A stretch of 63,596 bases of DNA, filler included, from Kipferlia bialata (Eukaryota): the NCBI GenBank assembly GCA_003568945.1. It is 3 parts of 3 records of this genome, joined end to end, with 100 filler letters (N's around TTAATTAATTAA, not from the genome) between each part and the next. Parts side by side here need not be neighbours in the genome. Positions count along the whole stretch, not along the records: positions 29,708 to 59,305 come from BDIP01000134.1; positions 59,406 to 63,596 come from BDIP01000236.1; 1 more part is not named here. The stretch is one strand, 5' to 3'. Every line of letters starts with the position of its first letter. The stretch's first letter is position 1. The notes below the pieces were generated by a model. It was not told where the DNA came from and made no database searches. It saw only the letters and a program-made list of their open reading frames with translations. This document shows positions 48,604-61,454 of the stretch, piece by piece. The translations under genes were made by a program, and so were the position numbers.

Positions 48604-49080
48604 TTATGAACCCCTTGTTCTCTGTCTCAAACACACTGACAGACGCTGGAAGATATCTCTCTTCAGAGCCCATCTATATCTCAGACAGCCCTCTTCTCCC
48701 ACATCGGAGGGAGGGTAGGCGAGTCGAGTGGCAGCTAGGATAGGAGCCTGGGCGTGCCATGACCCATTCCCATCCATCCAGCCGAAGTGCCAGCGGACAC
48801 TCTCTGAAGCCCCTGCTCCCCTACACATGCTTCTCCTGTAGCAGCCCATGTATGCTGGTGACACTGGGCGTCATCGGGTTCCTGTGCTCGGTATATGTAG
48901 CAGGTGAGGGGGGGGATGAGGTATAGTGTTGTATTGATTGTGTTGTATACAGGGGTATCTGCCTCCCATGTCAATCTCACCCCAGCCATGTCCTCCCATG
49001 CACCCTCCACAGGGGTCTCACCCGTACCCCTCAGTTCCTCGATGGACAGTGTGGCCTGGGTGCTGCACGTGGCCGCCCCT
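48604..49080 (-). CDS. Possible 3' exons of an unidentified gene cut off by the poly-C/G join at 49.25 kb
   Basis: GC-rich open frames after a CCTCAG acceptor near 49081. Exon phases could not be resolved. Confidence 0.25.
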
Positions 49081-49291
49081 GAGGTAGGGTTCTAGTACCA
49101 CACACCAGCCAAATGTATATCGGTGTGAAGTGTATGGATATTGTCAATTGACCCTGATTCCTATAGTAGTGGTATAGGGGCATCGCTACTGTTCACCAGC
49201 TTTACGCATGCTACTGCAGCTCCCCCTCTACCCTCTACCCTCTACCCTCTACCCCCCCCCCCCCCCCCCCCCCCCCCCCGGGGGGGGGGGG

Positions 49292-49328
<37 letters not shown>

Positions 49329-49602
49329 CCAACATCCACACCCTATCCCAGAATCCCTACTTCAGTATCACCACTTGCCTCCTTTGTGATTGTCTTGAAT
49401 ACGCAACATGTTTCCCCTCACCCTATCAGTTGACTTATATGTATCCTACCTGTCTCATAAATACACTATTCCGAATATGTATCTCACCCTAAGCCATTTA
49501 ACCCTTTTCTCATTGTCAGTCAGTATCAGCCATTTCGTTCCACCATCGACACTTCTATCACCATATACCCTTGTATTCATCTCACCCTAGACGCGTACCC
49601 AT

Positions 49603-52168
49603 ATGGGTGGCAATGAGGAGCAGTGGCTGCTCCAAGACATAGGAAGAGATCTAGAGTATGAAGCGATAGAGGGAGCGGATGAGGAGGGAGAGAATGACGA
49701 CACCCCCAAGACAGAGAGAGTATGTACCCGGGGCATCGTCCTCCTGGTCAGCATCACTGTCCTGGTCTCCTTTCTCCTGTATGTGCTGTCCCACCAGCCG
49801 CCAGACCTATCCAAACCCGGGATGCAGCTGGTGTTCACTATCAAAGACAGCGGGGACGCACTCACAATCCCGGCCATCAATGCAGGCCGTTTCAATGCCG
49901 TGATTGACTGGGGTGACGGGACAGACCCGGGTAGTATCCGCAACTACCAGTCGAACAACCTGTACCATCATTATGCAGAGCCAGGGGACTACACGGTGGG
50001 TAGCAGTGTCGGTAGTATACACTATACTGATGCTGATGCTGATACTGATACTCCCCTCTTCACCTTCAATGTATATGAAGCTGCAAATTCTTATACTACC
50101 GTCCGTAGCATGTGTCATGCTGATACTTCCCTTAATTGTATATATATACATACATATATATATTAGTGACCCATCATGCACATAACACACACGTCTCCAC
50201 TACTCACCCTTTCTCTTACAGTGAATTTCATAACGTTCTATATAGTATATGTACTCTATTTCAATACAAGTAGAAGTATCGTACTCAACTTACCCGTCCG
50301 CCGCCTACAGAGCTTGATACCGCCCCTCTCCACCACCTTGCATTTGTATCTCTTGCATCTATGTACTATCTCTTCCTCACCACAGGTCAGCATCGACGGG
50401 ACCTTCCCAGGGCTGTCGTTTAAAGACTGGTACAGTAAGGCACTCATTAGGATTATCAGATTGGGAGACACGGGTTTAACCACTCTAAGTTGGGTATGGA
50501 CACATGGACGTGTGATATCTGTTTCGCAATATCAATTATGTACTGCTGTTTCTTTTCTTTCTATTTCTATTCCTGGTGTGATCAATATTTCTATTCTCCG
50601 TGACGGAATCTGTTCACTTGCACTCCTATGTTGATAGCCTTTCCCTTCTCAATCTACCAAGAAAGACACGCATTCAGTATTTGTATCTTCATTGATTCTT
50701 TCTTCTCTAATCTTTCCTCACCATAGGCCTTTGCTGGGTGTACGTGCCTCACAGAAGTGGGCGGGACAGCCAACCTGTCTGGGGTGACTGACATGAGCCA
50801 CATGTTCAGCGGTTGCTCTGGCCTCACCACCGTGGACGTCTCAGCCTGGGACACCTCAGGTGAGGCACTGCGTACAGCCTATGTATAGTACTCTCACAGT
50901 ATGACAGGCACTCTATATGCTAATAATGACTATGGGGGTTTCTCTCGATGTTGTACTCAATATTTTTTACAAGAGAGTGTACGGTCTGCTGTACTATGTA
51001 TATCACGGTGAATTTCCACACCCACACCTGTTTATTCATATATATATGAAATGTAATGTATACGTAACGTCAGGTGTTACAGACATGAGTCGTCTCTTCT
51101 ATGGGTGCAAAGGTCTTGTCTCCCTAGACCTCTCCACCTGGGACACGTCCAGTGTATACACGATGAGTGCTATGTTCCAGAGCTGTGCGTCCATTAAGGA
51201 CTTGAAGGTATCCGTCTCTTCAAGTATCTCTCTCGGCCCGGTTCTCAGTTAAGTCTCTGAGAGACTCTCTCCCCTATTCTGACTGCAAGGTCTCCTCTTT
51301 CGACACGTCGAGCGTGACAGACCTTAGCGACATGTTCAATGGACTCGCTAGGATCAAGACACTGGACCTATCACGGTGGGATACCTCAGCGGTGACAAAC
51401 ATGAGCAGTCTCTTCTACGGTTGTGGCACAAGGACTCTGATGATTTCCACGTGGGATACCAGCAGGGTGACAGACATGAGTAAGATGTTCTATTCCATCT
51501 TGCTCGACACGCTGGACATCTCTCTTTGGGATACTGGGAATGTGGCGAATATGAACTCGATGTTCGATTCCTGCCCTTTTCTCTTGTCGCTCCCTATAGG
51601 CGACTGGGACACATCACAGGTGACACTCTCACTCAACTCTCTCTATCAAAGGAAGAGCCGACACCTACTACTTCTGCTTCTCTCTCTGACTTTCTCCTAC
51701 CGACAGGTCACATCTATGTCTGGCATGTTTCAAGACGTGAGAGCTCTGACATCCCTGGACATCTATCGCTGGGACACTTCCAGCGTTACAGATATGTCGG
51801 GGATGTTCGACAGCTGCTATTCACTCGCAGATTTTGACGTCTCTTCTTGGGACACATCGAGCGTGACGGACCTCAGCTCCATGTTTGCTGTATGCCACAG
51901 CCTCACGACGCTTGACCTGTCGTTATGGGACACCTCGAGTGTGGACAACATGCAGAGTGTCTTCGATAACTGTATCAGCCTCTTTACACTGGACGTGGCC
52001 ACATGGGATACCTCTAAGGTCACTAGCATGGTCAATCTCTTCCACAACTGCGAGAGTCTCACCTCTCCACTGCACGACAGAGTCTGGGATGTGTCTAGTC
52101 TAGAGAACTCCCATGACATGTGTACCGGCTGCCCAGAGGGCATGTGTGACAGTCTGTGTCCGTACTAG
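49603..52168 (+). CDS. Membrane-anchored surface protein: TM, PKD-like domain and DUF285 (TIGR02167-type, 'BspA family') repeats; 6 exons
   Basis: TM GIVLLVSITVLVSFLLYVL; PKD-like IDWGDG...HHYAEPGDYT/VSIDGTFPG; about ten repeats of WDTSSVTDMSxMFxxCxSLxxLDLS spread over exons with GT-AG introns. Confidence 0.9.
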
Positions 52169-52778
52169 CTCTGAGTGTCAACTGTAGGCTGATAGTCTAA
52201 ACCCTATTGTGTGGTGTTTGCACCTCAGGTCGAGGTCTATAGAACATCTGTAATGCCATAGTCAGTCGTTGATGTGTATGTGTGATGTATATTCTGCCAT
52301 ACTTATCCTAATAGTTCTGCATAACGTGGGATGATTCAAAGAAGCAAATTCTGTGGTGTCATTATGATAATGACTCATTATCCCGATTTCTAATGTGCAC
52401 TTGCCACATAGACAACCCCAAAGACCCACCAAAGTGAGGTAGAGACTATAGGTTATGACCATAGAGACGGCGGGAGAGAAAGAGACGGTTCGTAGAGTAT
52501 TCGGATAATCTGTACATTCTGCTTGGGTCTTCATGCCATAGTGTCTATGGACCCTGAGGGAATGAGAGAGAAGCAGAGAACGACCCGTGTAGGATCCAAG
52601 CCTCGGAGGCAGGGCAGAGAGGCAGGGGTTGTATAGTGAGGGGTCAGAGCTAGGCTAGCCCTGTCGCTGGTAGACAGCAACCTGATAGTGGAGAGGAAAT
52701 AGTGTGATACTGTGATAGTGTGATACAAGGCCAATAGGACCTTGGGGGCCTACAAGCAACTCCCAGTCATATGTTACT

Positions 52779-55721
52779 ATGCATATGACAAATGAGGGGC
52801 TAGCCGCAAAAACAGAGGTCGATGAAAAGATTCGCCTTCTCCCTTATCTCCACACCAACTGCATGGGAGGAGATCGAGAGACAGAGTGCTACAATGCGAT
52901 TGAGTATGTTCTATGTTCATTGAGTGGTAGTTGGGACAGGGGATATGCGTCCCCAAGTGGTCTGACATATGAGGAGAGGATGAGGAGAGAGAATTCGATG
53001 TCAGCAGAGATGAAGGCAGAGAGAAGGAGAGAGCAGGAGACGAGAGAGAGGGAGATTGAAGAGAGAAAGAGATACATCGGTGACATCACACTCTGTGTGT
53101 CTAGGATACTGCAGATATGCCAGGAGTATGTGGGGGAGAGAGAGAGTGAAGGAGACGCAGTCATGGTTGGACCTACACTGATAGCCGCCATCCACCACTG
53201 GGTGAGTACCATTGTATGTAGGCCGCTGTATGTTATAGGTTGCCCCCTCCCTTCTCTTCCAACTCTATTGTTAAACAGACTACGAATACACTACACCTAA
53301 CGCTATATAACTCCACTTAGTGAGCCACCTTCCATCAGCCACCCCTGTCGTCGCTCCTCCCCCTTACAAGCCGGATCTTTGTATTTCCTTCACCCTTACT
53401 CTCTCGCCTTCTATCCATATCATCATTCAGGAATATGTGGTCAGCATACCCTCTCTCTCTCTCTCTCTCTCTCTGTGTCTTCTCTCGCTCACTCAGGCCT
53501 ATTTCTCGAGTGGCAGAATCAACCTCACTGTGTTTCTTAGGGCACTGACCCTCCACACCAGTTTCATTACAGGTTCAAAGACAAATTTACTATGTATAGT
53601 GTGGATATCTGCTATGTGTATAGACCTGTACATGTCTCAAGGTGGAAAACGTTTAGCAGAATACTCCGGTGGTGTAGTTCTACAGTAGACCTCCTTCTCT
53701 CAGTATCATATCCAGCATTCCACCACATTTGCCGCCACAACTAACATGCTGTCTCCCACGCCACCGTATCTCTCTCTCCCTCCCTCTCTCTCTCCCTCTC
53801 TCTCCCTCCCTCCCCCCTCTCTCTCTCCTCTCTTGGAGTGTCTCTCTCTAGCCTCTTCATATCTAGTGCTGTCTTCGTCTCCCTCAATATATCCTCTCAA
53901 TCTCTCTCTCTCTTTCAGTTCCCCTCCCATGCGCTCTTTGGAACTACATATGAGTATATTCCCCACACAGCTGGCTCGCTCTCTCTCTATGACTCTATTG
54001 ATGTTTCTATCATACTCTCTCCCCATATCTCCGGTATCCGTCTCTCTCTCTCATAACAGTGACTCCTTCCTCTGTTGACCCAGACTCTCTCACTACCACA
54101 CTCACGTGGCTAGAGGACCAGAAGACATCCTCATTTGGACAGGTCAGATATGGCTATCTATGTATCAGTGTGAGATATCTCTACTCATCGAGACTCACCC
54201 TCAGAGCGGGTGGGTGCGTGCTCCCTTTAACGACACAGAGGGAGAGAGAGAACAGATACAGGCTGCCAGTGACTATGTGGATATGTGTGTGAGGGAGGGA
54301 GAGATGCTTCTTAGACAGAGAGAGGGAGAGGCCAGGGTGGAGGCTGGTGACTATCAACACATCCTACATGAGGTGTCGGTCAGGTCTCTGCTACGCGGGT
54401 ATGTGACACCATGCTCTACATATATACATATCATACATTTATGATATATACATATGATATGTATGATACGCGGTGTCGGTCACGTCTCTGCTGCACTGGT
54501 GCGCCCTTCTAGTATATTTAGTATCATATATGCAACCCTGTTGCATATACACCAACACATGATGTACACTAGTCAGTGTTCATTCATTCTATGTAGTACA
54601 CACTGCCTACTCATAGTTGGAATGACTCTGGTTACATGCGTATCTTCAATAATGATTCTCTGCAGAGCCTGGGTAGCTATTCTGTCGACGGTGGATAGTT
54701 GATTGTGTTTGTGGCACAAACTTTGTGCCCTGAATATTGCATTCTTACCCCAGACTCCGCTCCCAGGCTCTTGCAGCAGTATGTTCATATCCTTCCAGAG
54801 AGACCAGTGGAGATTTGGGTGGAGAACAACACACTCTGTATGTCAGAAGCCCATCGTTGCTCCTTGCCCTCTACCACCTGAACGAGCCGCTTTGCTGCGT
54901 GAGTTGGTACGCTGAATGATGATATTGAATGGTGATACTATACACACCATGTGGTGAATATATGTACAAATATATACTCTATGTGATTATTGCATGTATC
55001 CCTCAAGGGGACCCCTTCTGAATAGTCATATATATATATACTCGGATATATATATGTACTGTATTCTCTCTCTAGTTTGTACTAATTGACACATCAGGAC
55101 CGACATCACCGAGCATCTAGTGGGTCGCATGTGCTGCGCAGACTGGATGGTTGGGGTTGTGCAGAGGGTGGAGGGGAGGGATAAGGCCAGGCCTAGGGGT
55201 GCGCCTCTCGATCACGACTCTGCACACAGCCTATGGGTAGAGCTGTCGGACATAGTGTCTGGGGAGTGCACCAGCCTGGCCAGAGACTTGATGAGTACCC
55301 GGGATGTACGTAATTGTATGTGTTCACGATGCACGTTTGTAGCAGCATATTAGTCAAATGAGTAGACATGGAAGGGTGTCTCTTATACATATTGATGTGG
55401 CTATGTATATTGAACGTATATGTATGTGTTATATGCACTAACCCCCAGGCCATGCTATCCGTCATGAGTGAGCACGACATCCAGGATCCATACACGCTGG
55501 TGGGACGCGACTCTGGCCTGTGGTCTAGTGCTGGGTATGAGGCTCTCCAATGTCTCAAGAGAGAACTGTCGCAGTGTCAACCCCACCTGCCAATGGACCC
55601 ACACATACCAAAGGGAGAGAGAGGAGGAGACAGCTTCCAAGAGGCCATTCAAAGTCAGTGGCTACAGGAGCTGACAGCTGCTGTGGATACAGTCCACGAG
55701 GTAAACGTAAACGTACAGTAA
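52779..55721 (+). CDS. Multi-exon hypothetical helical protein
   Basis: Exon-like blocks with canonical sites at about 52779-53201, 53497-53571, 54084-54141, 54206-54398, 54754-54898, 55098-55305 and 55449-55721. No family recognised and boundaries are uncertain. Confidence 0.5.
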
Positions 55722-55881
55722 TCCTTTCTCTTCTTCTTCTTATATCAATTCTGCATATGACTTGAAATATTGAGAGTTTCTGAATATTTGTATAGTATAT
55801 GGAGTATATACACCAGAAGTCATGGATACACTATATCTCTATACATGGATAAATGAGATAGCGTAATAGTGCATTGAGTTC

Positions 55882-57123
55882 ATGGACATCTCACACCAGA
55901 CGCAGGTTGGATTATGGCGCCTCAGTCGCAACGGAGCAGCTTGGAGGGGTGAGACGCATCGAAGCAGCTTCCTATTCCCACCAGGACCACCTCGACCCAC
56001 TCAGCCCTCTCAATACACCCAGCGATCAGACGAACTGGGTCTTAGCCTCTGTGTCCATCGTTCTCTGCCAAGACTGGTACAGACACAAGCACTGCACTCC
56101 GAGATGTTAGCCCCACTCTCCAGGCCCTGTAATACCGGAACCGCTGACTATTGTGCAGTCTCTAATTCTCAGTTCCTGTTGGTTGGGTATCCTGCTGCCC
56201 CAACCTGCAAGATGAGGTCAGTACTAGGATGTGAGGAGAGACATTGTGGGTATATTGCAGCTCAGGGGACTATCGTGACCAGGGCCTTGTGTCACTGTGC
56301 TGGGATAGTCTATGCATTCACATACTCGCGAACATTAACAGACGAGAGTGACTCAGGTGAAGAGTACCCAGATAGTGAGGGAGAGGAAGCGTATGAGTAC
56401 CATATGGAGGTGCACTATCTGAACCTCGCTAAGGAAGAAGACAGAGTGGCGAGCAGCGGACGGACGGTTGGGTGCGTGTGGGAGTCACTCTCGGTACCTA
56501 AGCTGCTCAAGCAGACGAGAGGGGTTGTGTGGGCTAGGGGTACGGGAGATGGAGACATGGAGTGTGTGGTTGACTGTACCGCAGGGGAGGACACTGACTG
56601 TGAGCCAGAGTATAGAATGGTGAGGCTTGTTCCAACAGTTTCCAGAAATCCTTCTCTGCTGCGCAACAGAGGGCCCCTGCCTGAAGTGGAGGACATCACT
56701 CTCTCAGTCTCTGCGCTGCCCATTGATCAGTGGTGTCCACCCATTGGCTCTGCGTCTGTCCGTCTGGCAGACCAGAGTGACTACACGGTATGGCTTAGAG
56801 ATGGTATGTTGGTGGGTAGAGACATGGTCTCTGGGGACATCAAGGCGCTTGGTAGGGTGAGGGGCCCACTGGACACCTGCATTCTAGCTGATGTACACAA
56901 TGACCCTGACAGAGCACTGCCGCACACAGTGGATATATATCATGCAAGGTACCGTGTAATACAACCACACTGTGATTTACACTCGCACTCTCTAGATGAG
57001 TATATAGATATTACGAAGAGACTGCGACTCTCACACCCCAGGGTATGTGCATTACCAGACGGCCGGCTGCTCTGCCACGACAAGGTGCTAGGTGGCATAT
57101 ACTTGGTGGACACCAGCGTGTAG
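55882..57123 (+). CDS. Intronless 413-aa hypothetical protein, possibly beta-rich
   Basis: Long ATG-to-TAG ORF flanked by AT-rich intergenic DNA. Confidence 0.6.
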   Translation: MDISHQTQVGLWRLSRNGAAWRGETHRSSFLFPPGPPRPTQPSQYTQRSDELGLSLCVHRSLPRLVQTQALHSEMLAPLSRPCNTGTADYCAVSNSQFLLVGYPAAPTCKMRSVLGCEERHCGYIAAQGTIVTRALCHCAGIVYAFTYSRTLTDESDSGEEYPDSEGEEAYEYHMEVHYLNLAKEEDRVASSGRTVGCVWESLSVPKLLKQTRGVVWARGTGDGDMECVVDCTAGEDTDCEPEYRMVRLVPTVSRNPSLLRNRGPLPEVEDITLSVSALPIDQWCPPIGSASVRLADQSDYTVWLRDGMLVGRDMVSGDIKALGRVRGPLDTCILADVHNDPDRALPHTVDIYHARYRVIQPHCDLHSHSLDEYIDITKRLRLSHPRVCALPDGRLLCHDKVLGGIYLVDTSV

Positions 57124-57606
57124 AGAGCCAGCAACACTTGAACAGTTTTGTTAGAGTTATACTATTGAATAGATGTATATACGTGTATATACTTGGTGGA
57201 CACCAGCTTGTAGAGAGCCAACCTAATCCAGACTGCAGTACTGTCGTTCAACTTGTCTACACTTTCTGGAAGTGTCACTTTCTTGACGTTTGCGAGAGGT
57301 TGAATCTGTTTGAGATAGTAAAACTCTATACATATCTGATCTACTACACATGCCGCTCTGCAACAGAGAGTCTCTGCTTGATGTTTACAAACTCAATAGT
57401 GTTCGGTGGATATTCAATCGATTATCGTTACCAACGATATTTATGAAGCAAGGAAGGGGCAAGATAAGACACACACTACGACGCTCTGAAATGTCACATT
57501 GTATACATAAGAAATTGCGGATACAGATAGATAACGAGTTCTATTTGAAGCCTTCTGCACTCTAGAATGTGATGACTCATCACTGATGAGTGAAACTATC
57601 CAAGCC

Positions 57607-58476
57607 CTATTGAGGGTACATACACGAAGGGTCAATGTAGCAGAGGACTGTTGACTCATCCCTTGCCTTGCAGCATAGAGCCATGGAGGGGGAAAAGAAG
57701 ACCCAGGACACTATAGAAGCAAAGTTTCCTGAGTCACGCTCTATGAACCCCCACTCTTCCCACTGCTCAGCGATTGTGTCGAAGGCCACGAGATCCAAAG
57801 GCGGATTGAGACCCCAGGACCCCCTTCTAACTGCCAACACATACCTTTGGGTGGAACCACAGAGGGAACAGAAGTTCAGCCTCTCTCCTACACGCTTCCA
57901 CCCAGCACTAAGTGTGTATCTCCCCAAGCCCGACCACATCATTGCGTATGCTACCCTATCGCAGAAGAAGACCCTGTAGTCATATAGTCTGCCTTCTAGC
58001 GACCCTTTGTCCACCCAACCCTTGGCCTGCTCATCGGGAGAATATGCAAAGGTCTGAATAGCGTGCTGATGAGTGCAAACATCTCTGAAGTACTGCACAA
58101 CCACAACATGACCATCCATGGAGAAGACGGCCAGGAGGTCAGTTGTGTCTGTTGGTAGAGGTGGTACATCGACAGATTCATATGTGTCCAGCGAGAGCCC
58201 CTGTACACCGGAGTTGGTTATGTAGTAGAGAACTCCATCCAGCACACAGTGGATACTTGTACCCACCCTCCCAGAGGGGTCAACAACAGCATGCTCTTCA
58301 TTGATCACACACTCCTCCGAAGGGACTGGGTCCATTAGTGTGTGGATGGACACGGTGTTACCTCTGATTCTTATGATCTGGTTGGCATCGGGACCGGGAA
58401 CACCTACAGTGTCTCTGTCTAGACCTCTCTCTGTAGGCAGATGTACTGTGTGTAACATATCTTGTGTGTCTGTCAT
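57607..58476 (-). CDS. Intronless kelch-like beta-propeller protein (likely start MTDTQD)
   Basis: Kelch-like elements CVLDGVLYYI, FSMDGHVVVV...AYSPDEQAKGW and AFDTIAEQWEEW; clear paralogue on the opposite strand. Confidence 0.6.
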   Translation of the reverse strand: MTDTQDMLHTVHLPTERGLDRDTVGVPGPDANQIIRIRGNTVSIHTLMDPVPSEECVINEEHAVVDPSGRVGTSIHCVLDGVLYYITNSGVQGLSLDTYESVDVPPLPTDTTDLLAVFSMDGHVVVVQYFRDVCTHQHAIQTFAYSPDEQAKGWVDKGSLEGRLYDYRVFFCDRVAYAMMWSGLGRYTLSAGWKRVGERLNFCSLCGSTQRYVLAVRRGSWGLNPPLDLVAFDTIAEQWEEWGFIERDSGNFASIVSWVFFSPSMALCCKARDESTVLCYIDPSCMYPQ

Positions 58477-58739
58477 GACGTTGTGTGTTCCTAGTAAGAA
58501 CGCCAAGGGCACAGGTCTAATGTATACTGGTAACGAGTTGTGCAAACCTCTAGCTGCAACTCTACTGTTTACATGAGTCCAAAGATTATCAAGTTTCATA
58601 TTCATATTACAGCTAAACTTTCATTGCGTTTCCTTTTCGCAACTGACTGTACACACACTGTAGTAGTGAGTGAGTGAAAAGAGATCCACAACCACAAACC
58701 ACCTCTTACTACATCATTTGTCTCTTGATAACCCCATCT

Positions 58740-59305
58740 ATGAGGGTGACCCCTGGCATAGTAGACAACATAAAGCTGCCAAGGGACGCGGGCCAGGGCG
58801 GCACCATGTGTGGGGTGCCTGGACCCGATGCCAACCAGGTGCTGTCTGTATCAGGGAACCAGGGACTGACACTGCTGTCTTTTCTTGAGGCAGACTCTCC
58901 TGAAGTGACTCTCGATATCCAGATGACGAGTGTACCAGGGCGTGACACACCGGGAGCTTCACTCTATGTATGCTGTGCACTTAACGGTGTACTGTACTAC
59001 ATCGACATAGGAAGCCCCTCCGGAACTGTACACGCACTAGCCCTCGACACACACGAGTCAGTAGAGGTACCAACTGTTTGGTATCCAACCTGGCCGGCTG
59101 CTGTCGTAACAATGTTTGCCCTTGATGGACATGTTGTATTACTGCACAATGGAAACACTCCTAGGCATACCCACGTCTCCGTCTACTCGCCTGATCAAGT
59201 AGAAGATGGTTGGGTGAGTAGAGGCTACTACAATGATGACATAACGTCTTCTAAAACCACCGTGTGTAACGGTCGAGCATATGTTCTCGCGAGACACCAC
59301 GTTGT
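58740..59305 (+). CDS. Kelch-like beta-propeller paralogue, truncated by the scaffold gap
   Basis: Shares GVPGPDANQ, C.L[DN]GVLYYI, L.LDT.ESV.VP, F..DGHVV and YSPD....GW with 57607-58476. Confidence 0.6.
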
Positions 59306-59405
59306 NNNNNNNNNNNNNNNNNNNNNNNNNNNNNNNNNNNNNNNNNNNNTTAATTAATTAANNNNNNNNNNNNNNNNNNNNNNNNNNNNNNNNNNNNNNN
59401 NNNNN
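59306..59405. other. Artificial scaffold join with TTAATTAATTAA linker
   Basis: Linker at 59350-59361 inside a 100-nt N gap. Confidence 0.95.
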
Positions 59406-59522
59406 GAAAAGAGGGAGAAAACCCCCCCCCCCCCCCCCCCCCCCTGCCACACACCCTGCTCTCCCATCATGTTGACATAGACATCTAACCCTCTCTATTT
59501 CTTCCCCTGTCTAACCCTCCAG

Positions 59523-61151
59523 GCCCAGATTGTGATGGGAGGCCAGAACATGGGATATGCCTCGTCAGCCAGTGCATGGGACACAGCAGCACCTGAGGTA
59601 CAGTATATACATATATAGAAAGAGAGAGAGACATGGTATATATAGATATATATATATTGGTTATGCCTCGTCAGCCAGTGCATGGGACACAGTAGCTCCA
59701 GAGGTATACACAGTGTACATATTGTATTCATGTTTCTCACTTTACTATCATGTACTCCTAGACGGTACACCTCCTAACCCCCCAGATGGACCCAGCTGCT
59801 GCAGCCGATGCTGCCTTGGCAGAAGCAGACATGGAGAGACAGGTGAGGGGGCACATAGTATAGATAGTGTGTATATTGTGTACTATTGCATATGATTGAT
59901 GCATTACATGTAGATGTCCCTTTCTCATGTATACTATATATATGTTCCCCTGACCCCAGGCCCCGGAGCCCGAGGATCCATAACGTATATGGATAGTACT
60001 ATACTATGTATATGTGTATATATATGTGTATATACCTACCCTGACCCCAGGCCCAGGAGCCCGAGGAGGCCGATGGCCCAGTCCAGCTCAACCAGGCCAC
60101 ACTCGACCAGTTGAGTATCCCTCTCTCTCTCTCTCTGCCTCTGTATCTCCCCCCTCTACCCCCTGTATCTCTGGCTCCATCTCACCCCAGGTACCTTGCC
60201 TCCCTGGCTGAGGTCGAGGAGTTCCTGACCACAGACCCCCACAACGAGGATGTCATCAGGTGAGTGGAGATTTGTGACTGTGTATGGAGATGTATTTATG
60301 TATGTATATGTATATGCACTCATACTCAGTCTTCGCATCCAGCTCAAGTCTGACATTGAGTCCATCCGGAGTGCCCTGGCCCAGAAGGCTAGGGACGACC
60401 AGAAGGCGCAGGTATATACACATTCATTCATATACTCTCCCTATTATCTCTGATATATATACTATCACTTACTTAGTGTAGTTGTAAATACATTGACCCC
60501 AGACTGATGCCGACCGTGCCAAGAGAGAGGCCGAGGAGGCAGAGAGGGAGAGGCAGAGGAAGTACAAGAAGGTATTGTAGTTGTATATGTATACGTATAT
60601 ATATAGATATATAGATATATATACATTGAGAGACAGAGGGGGAGAGGAAGTACAAGAAGGTGGGTTCATATATACTCCCTATATACTATATGTGTTTACC
60701 TGATCCCCAGTGAGACTGTGTTGCTCCCCCATAAGTCTCTCTCTATATATATAAATATACCGCATCTAACCTCTAGGGTGACATTGTGACTGCCCTGCTC
60801 CCCCAGGAGGGTGTGAGACTGACAGCCGAGGTCAGGGCACAGACAGACGAGGGGGTTGATGTCACATTCCTGGGTGAGTGTGTATATACACGTACAAGTA
60901 TTTAGGTATATATACATTGTATCGTATTTATACAATGTCCTCACCCCCCAGGCTTCGAGGCCACTGGTCTCCTCCCCCTGGCCAACATATCCACATACAC
61001 ACGGCCACAGCTCAACGAGGTACCCGCTTCTCTCTCGGCCCTCCCTGTGTTCCTTTATCCATCTCTTTCTGTCTATCAGTTAACAAGCAAGGCAATATGT
61101 AACTTACTGACCAACCTGACTAAGTCTCTCTCTCTCTCTCTCTTTTAGTTT

Positions 61152-61195
<44 letters not shown>

Positions 61196-61418
61196 TGCAT
61201 TAACCCCCAGGGCGACGTGTGCCTTGCTGCCGACTCTTTCTCTGTTTCAACCATATCAATGTATATGTCTCTTCTTTTTGTGTGTGTATGTATATACTAA
61301 CCCCCAGGGCGACGTGTGCCTTGCTGCCCACCCCGAGCTAGGGGGCAAGTACCGCAAGGCCACGGTGCAGACAGCTGACATCACATCCCTCACAGGTCAG
61401 AACATATAACATGAATAT

Positions 61419-61454
<36 letters not shown>

